The notes under the pieces are model-generated. The model saw nothing but the letters and a program-made list of their open reading frames with translations. It made no database searches and had not been told where the DNA came from. Of a stretch of 64,000 bases of DNA, positions 35,391 to 48,600 are shown one piece after another. Position numbers and translations under genes: made by a program. This DNA comes from Fimbriosthenelais zetlandica (taxonomy: Eukaryota). The stretch's first letter is position 1; each line of letters starts with the position of its first letter. The stretch is from positions 21,266,001 through 21,330,000 of the forward strand of contig OZ365110.1 in NCBI GenBank assembly GCA_977030845.1. Reading direction: 5' to 3'.

Positions 35391-36665
35391 ATGCAGGCCT
35401 GGTTTAAACACGCAAAATCAAAAGGTTGGTTTCTTCAAAACCCTAAAATGGAGTACTTGGACAATTTTGACATGGTCAGACTAGGACAAAACTTCACCTT
35501 TGATGCTTTCTTGAAGATAGTGACTGAGAACAATGAGCAACTGTATTGGTTTGGACCTGGAGTGGAAGTCCCCATGATTTTAATCTATGCTATGATCATA
35601 GTTTTTGGATGCTTTGCAAATGGACTCATCTGCTATGTCATCATTCACAGAAAGAAACTGAGAACTGTGAGGAATATTTTCATAGTCAATTTGGCTGTTT
35701 CGGACATGATTATGTGTATCTTCTGCATGCCATTTACACTGGTAAAGCTCCTACTGAAAAACTGGCCTCTGGGGGAGGCCCTTTGTAAGATAGTCCCCTG
35801 GCTTCAAGCAGTCAATGTCTTTGCTTCAACTATGACCATCACTGCAATAGCCTTGGACAGATATCAAGTCATTGTCTATCCAACAGGCCTGAAAGATGGC
35901 ACCAAGAAGTGGGGAGCTGCAGCTATCATAACCTTCATTTGGTTTACTTCTGTTCTGGTGGGGATGCCTTTGCTGATTTTCAGCAAGCTTGAAAGAAAAG
36001 AATACATCAAGTTCATCAGCTATGACATGTGTTTGGAAGAATGGCCTTCTGCAATTTCCCGCACGGTCTATGCAGGTGCAATCATGATTCTCCAGTTCAT
36101 CATTCCAGTCATAATACTTATTATAATCCACTGGAGGATTTGTACCTTCCTCAAGACAAGAATTAGAGTCAACCCAACGACTCCTATGGAAATGAACAGA
36201 GCCATGAAGGAAGCCAAACGCCACCGAAAAAACAGCACACTCCTCATGGCCATCGCAGTCATGTTCGCCCTTTGCTGGTTCCCCCTTACCCTCCTGAACC
36301 TTCTGGCAGATTTCAACTATTTCATCTTTATGTACAAGAACTTTCTGCTCTCCTTTGGCGTGGCCCATGTCATCGCCATGGTCTCAGCCTGCCTTAATCC
36401 CATCATTTACGGCTGGTTCAACTCCAACTTTAGGAGGGAATTCACAAGAATAGTTTGCTTCTGGCGAGAGGATTTGTATGAGAAGGACATGAATGTGGTC
36501 GAACATCAGCAACTCAGGCGGGTGGTCTACAAGCAAGCTGTGAGCTACAAGGCGATACAAACTGAAGTACAACCGATGATTGGACCCCCGGATTCGCTAG
36601 ATTCAGATGAATATCCGAGCAGCAGGAGCTTGTCCCTAACACAGTATCAAAGGGCTACTTACTAA
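35391..36665 (+). CDS. NPFR: Neuropeptide F / NPY-type receptor (class A GPCR), single coding exon
   Basis: LRTVRNIFIVNLAVSD, TITAIALDRYQVIVYPT (typical of NPF receptors), CLEEWP, CWFP, CLNPIIYGWFNSNFRREF. Start may be the second Met (MEYLDNF). Confidence 0.88.
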   Translation: MQAWFKHAKSKGWFLQNPKMEYLDNFDMVRLGQNFTFDAFLKIVTENNEQLYWFGPGVEVPMILIYAMIIVFGCFANGLICYVIIHRKKLRTVRNIFIVNLAVSDMIMCIFCMPFTLVKLLLKNWPLGEALCKIVPWLQAVNVFASTMTITAIALDRYQVIVYPTGLKDGTKKWGAAAIITFIWFTSVLVGMPLLIFSKLERKEYIKFISYDMCLEEWPSAISRTVYAGAIMILQFIIPVIILIIIHWRICTFLKTRIRVNPTTPMEMNRAMKEAKRHRKNSTLLMAIAVMFALCWFPLTLLNLLADFNYFIFMYKNFLLSFGVAHVIAMVSACLNPIIYGWFNSNFRREFTRIVCFWREDLYEKDMNVVEHQQLRRVVYKQAVSYKAIQTEVQPMIGPPDSLDSDEYPSSRSLSLTQYQRATY

Positions 36666-39600
36666 AGTTCAAGCGCTTTTCTTCATCCCCCCTTTGATCA
36701 AAATTTTGATAGGTTACATGTGCCAGGTTAGTTAAAGCAGAAGAGCGAACGAAATGTAATTATATAATTAGTATTGGAAGAATACATAAATTTATGCATT
36801 GTATTCAAATTACTTACGTGTCAATTATTTTGAAAAAGTTTAAATGTTGACTCAATTTTATCGCTCCTTTTTTATCTTTGTGTATATATGATATTATACT
36901 TACAATTCATGGGAGCAAATGCATGTCTTATGAACAATTAGGCATAGCACAATGACTATTTCCCAGAATGGACCTCTGTATTTTTGTATAATTTTCTCAC
37001 TTTACCAGAGTGCTCTTTGAAATACAGGGACTGCTTGAAATTTGTGCAGCTTAGAAAAAAAGAAAGAGCATCAGACTTTCTGTTCTTTAGGTCCAAATAA
37101 TATTCTAACTCGATCAGATAATAGTTCAGAAGGCTTTTCTTAAAAGAAAGTAAATGTAGGCAGGCCTACAGAAAAGTATTTTTTATAATCAGTATAACTA
37201 GTTCTTATAACAAAGGAGGCTAAAATAAGTTAAAGCAATTGTATATGGTAGGAAAATATCCTCAGCATAATTGTCGTGGATGAAGCAATATCATATTTTC
37301 TTAACAGACTGCTTATATAATTCCCGTGTAATAAATATGATCCCTAACTGTTACCAACAAAATGCGTGCATGAGGTATCAAAAAAACAGAGATGGAAATG
37401 GTAAAAGCGGAAAGAGTTTAACAATCTCTTGTGGAATCTAATTGGTATTCAAGAAATAGTTCTCCAGATAATTAATGGCTTCTATCATACCACTTCTCCG
37501 CATGTGATTAGTCTTTACCGTGATTTTTAACCATGCTTTACCACAAGGACAGATAACCAAAGCTACTAATCATGAACCTAATAAGGAATGAAGAAATGAT
37601 CTCAGCAAGAACATTTGTGTTTCTGTGATATTAATTTAAATGATGGGAAATTAATTAGCTAGGTCACACGAAAATAAACACTAGGGAGATACTGCAGAAA
37701 GCTTTCCACTTATAGCGTATGGGATATGACTTTTTGTCAAAATCACCTCGAAAATTCATCGAGCTACAATTCAATATGCTTCCCGGAACGAATATTTGTA
37801 CATGTATATAAATCAAAATCAATAATGTCATTGTTGTCGAGTGCGGACTATAATTATGTCATAAATATATTTTTACTTAATATGATATATACAAAATGGT
37901 TCATATAAATCCATAATATATAACATTTCGCTATAGCGCTACACAGAAGCAAACTAAAACATGTATAGCTTGCCTGAAATGATGAATGTTGGTAGCGCTG
38001 TCAAACTGAGCCAGAATCAAAAGGATTGGATAGTATATTCCCATATGATGTTCTGTGATAGATAGTGATTGTGATAAACGTGATAGTAGAAGCTGCTGAT
38101 CCATTCAACCTTTAATTGTTTATGTTAGTAGACCTATGGCAATGCAGGTTCAAGTGTGAAGTATAGTTTTATAGCATTGTTCATATCAATTTGATGTTCC
38201 CTTTCATATTCTATAAAGAAATCCTCTGCCTTGAACTATTATATAAGTATAATAATTATTTTTTCGAAATAATCAATGAATAAATTATCATGGGATTTAT
38301 CGATATGGCAAGTTACATTGTTACATTTGAAAAAAAGTTAGGTAGTCGATATTTCGTATTTCCTGGAATTGTGAGAATTATTCATACAAAATATTTTCCT
38401 AGAAAGTGCTGTCTGTGTGTTTTTGTTAAATGTTAACCATGGGAATATGTTTACATACTCATCTAATGGCTGTTATAGCAAGGAGAATCGGTGATGAGGA
38501 ACAAATGTATAATTGCTTTGAGGAAGGCGGTTGGATATTCAGGTGTGACAATGAAAGTAACGTATTGTTGAATTCCCCTCTTAAATTAAACCGTCATTCC
38601 ATACGTTGTTTTAGTAATGATGTGATTAGTATTGATCTTTATACCATCCCCTATTATGAGAATTTCTCACCGAATATAATATGCCTATTACTTGTTTATC
38701 ATCAGTTTGTTGATATATAACTATCTATATACTTATCTGAGAATAAAATTCTGGTACGTGAAAGTATAAAGTATATTTGGTGTATAGTTGTATTTGGAAC
38801 CCAAAAGGAAATGACATTTTAACCTACATCTCCTCTAAATTAACATGGAACCTATTAAGTAATAAAATGTCACTTTTACATATGGACAAAGCTTTATATT
38901 GCAACTAGAAAACATCCATTCTATATATATGAGGAACCATGCACGCTAAAGGGAAGGTCATTACGCTAAAAGGAATTCGCTCACACTCTATTCTCATAGA
39001 AATGATTGGTGCAATATGAGTGGTTATGTCATGGTTAAATGCACTGTCATTCCCCAGCCAGACTCTATGCCGGCTGACATAGGCCCATGATGTTCCCATA
39101 TTGGGCCTCCAATTACTATCATCATGTGTGAATGCATTGCAAAGATTACTCAGATGACTACCACCTGCAGGAGACTACCGTATTTCTCCACTCCACTCCA
39201 CCTCGCCCACACCAAAGACTTCTATCAATGGAAAATTTCCACGGCAGTTATACTTATATAATTATAATGACCTGAGCTCTATTATATACCTTGGCTAAGA
39301 TAACAGCCTTGATTGTTCCACACAAAAGTGACAATGTCACGTGTGAATCCTTCTACGGGCTTAAAATACATTCCATTGCATACTTGAATAGAACATCAAG
39401 AAACAACGTACCATTCAGTCCCTAGGGCATGTAGGCTACTTCTTAATAAAATATTTTCAATGTAACTTTTCTGTGAAAATAACCCCCAGGTCCCAACTGG
39501 TACCTGTGCATTCACTTACCTTACCATCACGCAATGTCTCCCTTGGGTCTTCGCGGACTTCATCCAGATGTAAAGAATGGCGAACTGTTGACGTTAGCAA

Positions 39601-42600
39601 TCCACGTGATTTCTTTATGCCGAGGCTGCCATTGACGTTGTCTTGCCCTCAACATCATTAGTGGCCCTAAGGGCTTTGATGACAAATATTCTGCTCATGA
39701 ATGACGAAGTAATTCTGAAAGTAATTATAGATTTGTGTAAGATTTGTGCAAACTAATTTTAACTAGAAAAGCTTATGGTAAAAGCCCAGGACTATACATT
39801 GGATACCTGTATGGGTTGGGTCTGACAAATATAATTTATTCGCAGGGAATATAATGGCCATTGGGGCATCCGGCTATCAATATAAGCTGAGTTACATGAG
39901 TTATTAAAGCAGATGAGTATTAAACTGTCTGAAGTATCTAGGAGATATAATATTGCTATCAGCATGGTAACTGCATTCCCGAAAGTCAATCACATTGTTC
40001 GTTCGTCGAGACTTTAATGGATATTCTATCGTTTGAGTAGCGGAACGATCCAATAAAATAATGAAAATCAATACTCAAATTTAGGATATTGCTGAACAAG
40101 AGAATTATATTGGAATTTGATCAGTGAATAAAATCTGTAAATTGAAACACGGTGGGAAAAAGCTGATGAACGCCGCAGCAGAAAAAAGGGCCTGCAGGAG
40201 AATTGACTCCAACAGACCAGATCCCACCCCACCGCCCCCCATCCCCCCGCCGCACACACACAACCCACATGTACATAGGCAACCTTTGAGGCAGATCGAG
40301 TTTGCCACACCCGCAATGGTCTCTACAGCCACAAACGATTATGCAACAGCCAAACTAATATATAGGAGAACCAGAATCTCTCCCCATGCATGATCAACCA
40401 TGATAGAAAGATGCCTACTACAGTTGGGACTATTCGTAAAGGATTTCCCCCAAAAATCTAATCCAGAGAAACGAAGGAAACATATTGTTGACATGCCATT
40501 GCTATTCTCTCGGATCCTGGGTGACACAGGAGGGACAACTTGCAGATATTTAACAGCATCTCCGAGATACTCAGCACCAGAACAAATCGAGTTGTTATTG
40601 GGCATGGCCAGCCATCAAGATTTGTTTTAGGAGCGCAGCAGTAGCAATCATTGCTAGGGCAATCAGTACTTACTTTGCAAGTGTCTACAGCAATTAAAAA
40701 GAAGCGCCTTGAAAGTGTCTTTTTCTACTGCCTTTTTCCCTAGGAGACAAACAAGGTACTCAAATGTGCTCCGAGAATGGCGCCTTGAAAATTAAACCAT
40801 AGGCCTATGCCTTTAAATCATACTTTATGAATGCTTAAATTTAAATGATGTATTATCAAAACACATAGAACTTACTGTTTGAAATTCCCAGTGGCATTTA
40901 CGATGTTTCAGTAATGCCAGACTGCAACCCACATCATGGATATCAGCTATCATCGTCATCTATAGGAGATCCACCATAATTCCACTATCATCTGAAACAT
41001 GCAAAGTAAAACACATTAAAGCGACTGAGCATCTATGTTCTACCTGCTGTATTTATTGCAATATTTAATACAAATAAAGTAGCAAAATTTAATACAAATC
41101 ATAGTAGCAACCGATACAGTGAAATTAATTATGCCTATAGAATTAGACAAAATATTCGCATCGAGTGCAGCTATGCAGGCTAGCCTAGAATGAAATATTT
41201 GGTTCTCGGGTGTTCTCAAACTATTATGTTTACAGCATTGATTTTTCGCCTTTCTCAATAATAAAGATTGGTTGGCCAATTATGACTGTGGTTCTAGAAC
41301 ACTTTAACGCTGTCTGTCTCCAGTGGCCTTCAATATTTCTTCATGATCATCTAAAGAAATTATCTTGTTCGGCCTCTTCGCAATAATTTAATCATCCCCA
41401 TAATCATGACAAGAACATCATTGAATTAAAATCAAGAGGGCCTACCCCGAAGAACATACAGTCATCTATAATAAATAAAGGTCTTAAAAGTCTGTTCACA
41501 TATCATTCTTCTAATCAGTTCAGCATATTCCTTCAACGTTTACTATCGAAGAAACATCATCTGTCTTGAACTACAGCTTGAATATTCACGATGGGAACTT
41601 AACTAAATTAAGCCTCGACTCCCTCTTGCCAAACAAATTGTACAAGCCTACAACCACAGAGATCTGATACAGAATACCCAGCTATGGGCCATTTTCAGCT
41701 TCAAATGTTATTTCAGGGTCAGATTATTTTCTGTATCCACATAACAACTAGGGATAGATTTCCTATTGAATCAACATTCATCATACTATGGTTACTATTC
41801 TATAGTCTCCATGTATTTCAAGATCAACATAGGCTTAATAGTTTCTCAAGTTACCCTGTTTTCCTCATAGTGTTTATTAATCCGAATTCTCGTTATATGA
41901 GAGAATATAAACTCGTAAACCACACAGTAAATAAGAGCAATACCTCTCGCCTTGCACAGCATTATAAGAAGATACAAGAGTTGATATCATTCAGGTGCCA
42001 TTGAATACAAGTGATTACACACATACTGATGCTCTTCTCGTATTCCAATCGGCTAAGATTGCTTGAAGCTTATGGCCCGCCAGCCAGATCAAGGGAGTGG
42101 CTCATGTTTAACCCTTCACTAGTCTGGGAGTTCTAGAGTCTGTATCGAATGATAATCTTGTAATTCAAGCTCGAACAGTAATATGATTTTCTATAGGATT
42201 TTAAAAGCAAGAATTTTCCCCTCCTCCAGACATCATAACTTTTTTCTGATTTACCTTAAATTAAATTTAATACTGATTTTGACCTTAAAGACAAGCAAAG
42301 CATGCATGGAGTGACATTCATTATTCCGTGGAGAATATCCACAGAATATTTCGGAACAAACACTGATTGCCAATTATTGAACTATTTTCACCTATTTGTT
42401 ACGTCCTAAGGGGAAATCTCCTCAATTTGTTGACCAACAGGACCATCATGAAACGCTTTCAAATCACGCACACTTAAATTGTGGCATCAACATCTGGTTT
42501 CGGTGAACCACGGGGTAACCAATATTCAGAGTAAACATAAACCAAGTGAATTCGTAAACAGTGAAGATCATCATACCTTTCTAGATATCATACCACAGAC

Positions 42601-45556
42601 TAACCCGGGGTTAGTCTGTGGAATGATCTATTTCAGGAGAAATTGCCATCTGTCGTACATCCTTATGTTAGTAATCTAAATGCCCAGTGAAGCCGTGTTT
42701 CCAAACTTAATTTGTACATGCATGGTATAGAATAATTTCACCATCAACCTTAGGCATGGAATTTGAAAGAACTTAGGTAAATGTAATCCATTAAGAGGAA
42801 TGTTTAAATGTGAGACTGTATTTATACCGGGGTATATACAATGCCCTGCATTACACGGCATTACCTTTAGGTTTAAGACACAATGGACTTCCCCGGATGT
42901 AAACTGCTTTTGGAAGCATATTAATTTAGGCGAATGCTTTGTGAGAACATAGAATCTCGAAAGTGACAGCACAGAATATCAATTGGGAGAAGGTTCTGTG
43001 CTCTATGTGATGTGTTTTCAGTAAATAAGTCGCACAGAGCCATTTGGCGCTACGGGCCTGAAAGGTTTGTAAACAACCTTGGTATAAATTTCTCTTAGCA
43101 TTTTCGCATTAAAAGCAAGTATACAATGTTTTGACTATTATCGTGAGTGAAATTGAGAAGAGTTCACCTTTGTGCGTGTTCAAGATTTTTCGCTGTTAGA
43201 CTCATTTAGTGAAAACACGCCACATTAATTAGGGTTTTTACTCAAATTAAGACTGTATGCAAACCTTTGTGAATGCCATACAAATCATTAAATTTTGATG
43301 TTTCAGACCGTCATATCTACAAACCATCCTCAAATGCCAACTGAACAAAATGCATACATAAATAAACCTGTGCTAAATCCCTGAAAGGCATTGTCTCTAG
43401 CAACATGCATTAATAAGACATTACATAATAAGTGCCATCAAAGTCTCAAGAGCCATTATGTGCAATTTATACAGGCTACAACCCCATCCCGCAGCCTAAA
43501 TTAAAACCTGAGATGTCTACAAACTAAAGAAAAATGGCAACATTACAAGACATCAAACAAAGCTTGTTAGCAGGTACCATGCAAGAAACATCTTTCTAAC
43601 CACCACTGATAACAGGAACAAAGATGGAGGACAATTATTTAGTCACATTATAGTAATTACACCAGAACACTGTGAACACATCAAATTAATGTACATATCA
43701 AGACAATTTAAAATAATTATTATAAGAAGCAGCATATTGTTAGGGATAAAAATATATCACTTAGACCTAGATATTTACAAGGTGAAAAAAATATTGAGAG
43801 GACCTACATAAATGTCTTTTTAAATGTCTTTTTTCAGACAACTGAACCAAGCCTCAGGACAGCATCACTGTCGCTGCAGTGTCTGAAACATTATGGAGGT
43901 GAGGAGTAAAGATACTTTTTCACTATTACCACCTTCCTCGACCCTATATATTACAGGTCTGAGCCAGTGCTGAGCACCAGCACACTTGCAGGAGGAGGAG
44001 GAGGCGGATACAACCCGCGCCCAAGCTTCATGGGAACTGACCATATATGGTGAATTATGTATCCGAGTGCCAACAACTGATTTATTATCAGCACACTTTT
44101 ATTATTCTATTTCTTCCAGACATCAAACGGTGAATTAGTGTCCCTCTAATGGTAAGAAGGTAAGGACCTTTATAATGTACAAAGGTTCGTTCTCGTGAGA
44201 GAAAATCTTTGGAGAATCGTTATCTACAGCATTTGCCTCCATGGGAATGTCTACAGAACGCTGATGGCATTCCTGTGTGAATAAAATATGACTGAATGAA
44301 GAAGTACATACTGTCACAGTTGACCTTTTTAATTAAATGAATTCGGGAAAACTATCACCTGTTATTGAGCACAACTGCGATAAAATCCATTAAGCTTGTT
44401 ATATACATTGTAACTTACAGTTCAGGTCACGTTTCGAATACTAAATTAGAGCTGGGCCCTTCTGGGCAGCACGCGTCTAAGGGACCAGAATCTTAAAGGT
44501 CTGAGTCTTGTATTCGCTCGTTTCGCTTTGTATCCATGGATAATTAATTTTAGACAAAGAGGTTAGACTTTTGAATCCCGTGACACTTATTGAAATTAAT
44601 TTTACAGATCAGTTTGTCTAATAATCTTCGTCTTTATATTCAGATAATCATAATCTGAATGTCAATCTCCAGAAATGCATGTATACATTGCCAACTGCCA
44701 TTAACTATTTTCCTCGTCATTCTATAGTTGAAATTAATAACGACATTGGCTGCTACCTAAAATCGAATCAAATTCAGTCGGCATGAGTTCTGGAATGCGC
44801 AAACACTTCGCCATGATTAAAGTATTTATAAAAAGATGAGTAACAATGGATTGAATTCCCCACTTGGTAATTTAATTGCAGTTATTATTGCCTGCGTAAT
44901 ATCTGTTCAGACCGCTTGATAACAACTTCGGTCTTTGAATGGACCGAGAGAGAATTCCAGTCATCCACCCAGCCTGCACATTTCTGACTTTTCGATGATT
45001 TGGATCACAACTCTTTTAAACAGTCTCCAGGACCAGGCTATAACATGCGTTGGCTGTTTCACTCGCTATATCTCTGTCCAAAAGGTTTTTTAGAAACTGT
45101 TCTGAGGGCCTTTGTAATTTAACTAGTCAGCAGAAATATTTAGTAATAGGCCTACAGTAGACGAAAGCTAAAGACCCATCTTTCATCTTTTGCTTACTAG
45201 TGCAGTATAATATTTCACTCCAAAGAAAAACTTGCCATTTAATAAAAAGGATTTTAGTTTTTGGTTTACCACTTTGGCCTCGAAGATTTAAAACAGGCGT
45301 GGGAAACTGCTGTTAATTATTTCATTGGCACTGTTTTAACTGGAGTCGATAGGCTAATTAGGAATAAAGGGGAGAAGCAAATGTCAAGAACTGTACGGTG
45401 GCATCAACAATTAACCTGTCAGTGCTAGAGATAAAGAGAAGAGAAGGTGAGTCACATCTTAAAAAGAACCTGGCCTTATGCTATCTCCCATTGTCACATA
45501 ATGGATTTTTCACCTGGCCTTTTGCCTGGTGCAGTACATGCAGTAGATTATACAAA

Positions 45557-45674
45557 TAGACCCTTTGTTGGTTAAGCGTGAGACCCGTCTAGTGCGTAAA
45601 TATATACTCGAGCGCGTGAGCGCGAGAGTATATACGCACTAGACGGGGCGAACGCGAAACCAACAAAGGGTCTA
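45557..45674. mobile_element. 118-bp near-perfect palindromic MITE
   Basis: TIR TAGACCCTTTGTTGGTT / AACCAACAAAGGGTCTA; internal arms CCCGTCTAGTGCGTA and TATATACTC; TSD could be TA or AAT. Confidence 0.8.
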
Positions 45675-48600
45675 ATTGCTTTAGTCCCCGGCACACATTT
45701 AACCCCCTTACCTGTCATCGATACAGAACTTTTAATGCCATAAATCATGTTTTATTCACGATTTCCTTCATGTGTCTCTTTACATTGTCATACCTTGTTC
45801 AAAAGCCTGTATGTGGCTGTGCGCTCACTGGCTATGTTTCCAGTCATGACCCACTTCACCCTACCCACCGCTACACGACCAGTCATCCCCTCCTGCTTAT
45901 GTAGGTCAAACAGACATACACTCCTCTAATATGCACACACACAAGCAGCACCCTTCCTGCTTATCTAGGTCAAACAGGGCCGATTTCATTGGTTCACGAG
46001 CGGTCATATATACGCTCATAATGACCACCTACTTACTGAAATATTCACCTCCCAGAGCGTCAGAGGGGACTAATATGTAATTAAGTATGCTGCTACGATA
46101 CACACAGACCGAAGGCAAAAATGACTGCTATATAATCCCAGCAACTGACGCAGTACATATAGTGACGCGAAATTTAAAGATAGCGACTGAGGATAATGCA
46201 TGCATTGACAATCAATTATTTACCACTTAATGAATGGCCCTGAGTCCATTGAATAGTTTACTTTCCGTACAACCCTACATTAGAGGCCTGATCAAACCAT
46301 ACAGCGTAGTGCAAACATCGCTCAAAATATGCTCAGGTATTCGAAATATGTTATGCCGGTTGTTTTGAATTAGCTTCCTTTTTTTACAACGAGCAAAGGA
46401 CAAAGAATTGACAAAGGCTGGTTTTCGTGACACCTTGAATGAAGTTGAGTTTCTAAAATTAATCACTGGCCACAAATTCAGCATGCCACCCAAGGCGCGT
46501 TTCATCAAAAAGGTCTCTCCCAGGCTACCTATTTCCGGACCTGGCTGCACGTCCTTTATGATGCTATCTTCACATTTGATGCTCTTCTAAGAATTATTTC
46601 CGCTTCCGAAACAGTAAGAGTTTTGACACTCATAGAAAATGACAGTTAAAGGAACTCTGGACAGAGGGAAGTGGCTTTGAGGCATTTCATCTTTGAGAGA
46701 CAATCTGTTGACTACTAAAACATTATCAATGTTTTGTAAGTCAACATATTTCATATGTGGATACATGTATTGTATTTATAAAGGGATTTAGGGTAATTAA
46801 GGGAAAGCAGTAATCTGAAGCACACAAATGGTGCAGTGAAAAACCAAACGCGCATAATCAGCAGAATTATATGAAATCCAATGCTTAAAACATGCCCAAA
46901 TAATGTCAGAATAATTAAAATTACAGATCCAAACATAATTTTCTGACATTTGACTTTTGATAATTCAAAGAAAGGGAGAATGTCGACCATGTCAAATCAA
47001 AGAACACCACTAAATTCTGAAAAGCCAGATGCAGCTTAAATTACCAGTTGTGGGCTGCTACAAAAGATAATCAAAGGTTTGTAAAAGCCTGAATCTTTTT
47101 GGCCGATTGCTCCCAATGATCTTCTACTGGCAAACCAATTGTAAGCAACCTTTTCATCCAATAATATTTATTTTGGAGTCTTTCCATTTAATTCTGATTT
47201 AGGCATTTTGTTATGCATAGATCTACTAGTTTATAAGGATTTTTCTTGTTTTCCATCCAGAATTACAAACTGATATAATTATTCACCTTATTAGCACGAG
47301 TCAAAACAATAGAATTTTTATCCAGGTAAGAAACAATCTGGGTAGAAATGTACGGTCCAGAAAAGGTCGCTGCAGCTACCAGGAGCAGGACTGAAGTGGC
47401 TTCTCGTAATTTGCAGCACTGATTAGTGCGGAGAGAAGGACAGTGATATTGAGAGAATGAAGGTAATCAGAACTAATTACACCTCTTACATTTGGTTCCT
47501 ATTTCACATTTCTAACATTTTATTTCCATATTGATTTAATGCACATTTCTTCTTGGTCTTACCCTAATGCGTACTCCTTTCAAAATGACCCTTAATTCCA
47601 TCCGTTTTAGATATGTTTCACCCTTCGACCCCCCTTCTTTGCCGAAAAGCTGGACAAATTGGCATCTCCATGAAATCTCCAAGCACCGCCCACACCCGCC
47701 GGAAATGGCTGCCCACTTCTGGAACTAGTGGCTGGAAATGTTGGGGGACTTGGTGCAGTATTTGTGAGACTACCGTGCCCAGTGCCCGTGATTCTGATGG
47801 GATGCAAATGACAGCATTTTCTGCGGGAAATCTATCAGGATGATGTCACTTAACTTCAGAAAGAGGTGGAGAAGCAGCTCTAGGAGCTTAAGATGTGTCC
47901 AATTCTATTCCAGTGATGAAACCATCGCTAGTGAAACCTATAGGCCATCCCATGTCAAAATGTCCAGCCCCTTGTTTCCGATGTATATGGCCCTGATATC
48001 AAAAGATACCCCATGATTATAATATTACACATTTCTTTCTCATATGTCAATTTACCAAATTGCCTTGTCCAATTGCATTATGTATATACAAAGGTAAAAG
48101 TTGCTATCAGGAAGCCCGAGAACTGTATTCCTTGACCTATAAATCAGTCTCAAGTCAATAGGAATTCCCGAAGCCTATAAAAGGCAGTCTAGTAAGAAAT
48201 AATTATTGCGGACCGGAAACCCCCCAGAAAGGGACGACTTTATATGGAATCCGAACCAATGTATACACAAATAGTTGGGTTAAAGTTTGCAGAATTTCAA
48301 CTAGTCTTCAAATTATTCGGATGTTCAGCAAATTATACTTGACTGAATATCGTGTTGACATGTTCAACATAACAGTAATCATTGATTTATCATATTCACT
48401 AAATTAATCATCTTCACGTGAATCTTAACCGAATAATAATGAATGAGTATGATGACAAATTACAAACAAAAACTACTTCTGCAAATAGAAACACTGACGG
48501 TAGACTCTTTTCCATTAATTTAATAAGGCGTCATTTCAGTCATTAAAGGATTAGTGGCAAACTGATTCCTCATTATCAAGGGCTACATGCGCAAATGTTC

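Noticed and set aside
34947-35411. 154-aa minus-strand ORF overlapping the NPF receptor start
   Set aside because: No domain, low-complexity intron-like 3' part; likely antisense shadow of the 5'UTR.
35826-36368. 180-aa antisense ORF inside the NPF receptor
   Set aside because: Shadow frame of a GC-richer coding exon.
41280-41600. Minus-strand PLFIIDD (Walker B-like) fragment
   Set aside because: Short, flanked by stops and frameshifts, no Walker A; chance match cannot be excluded.
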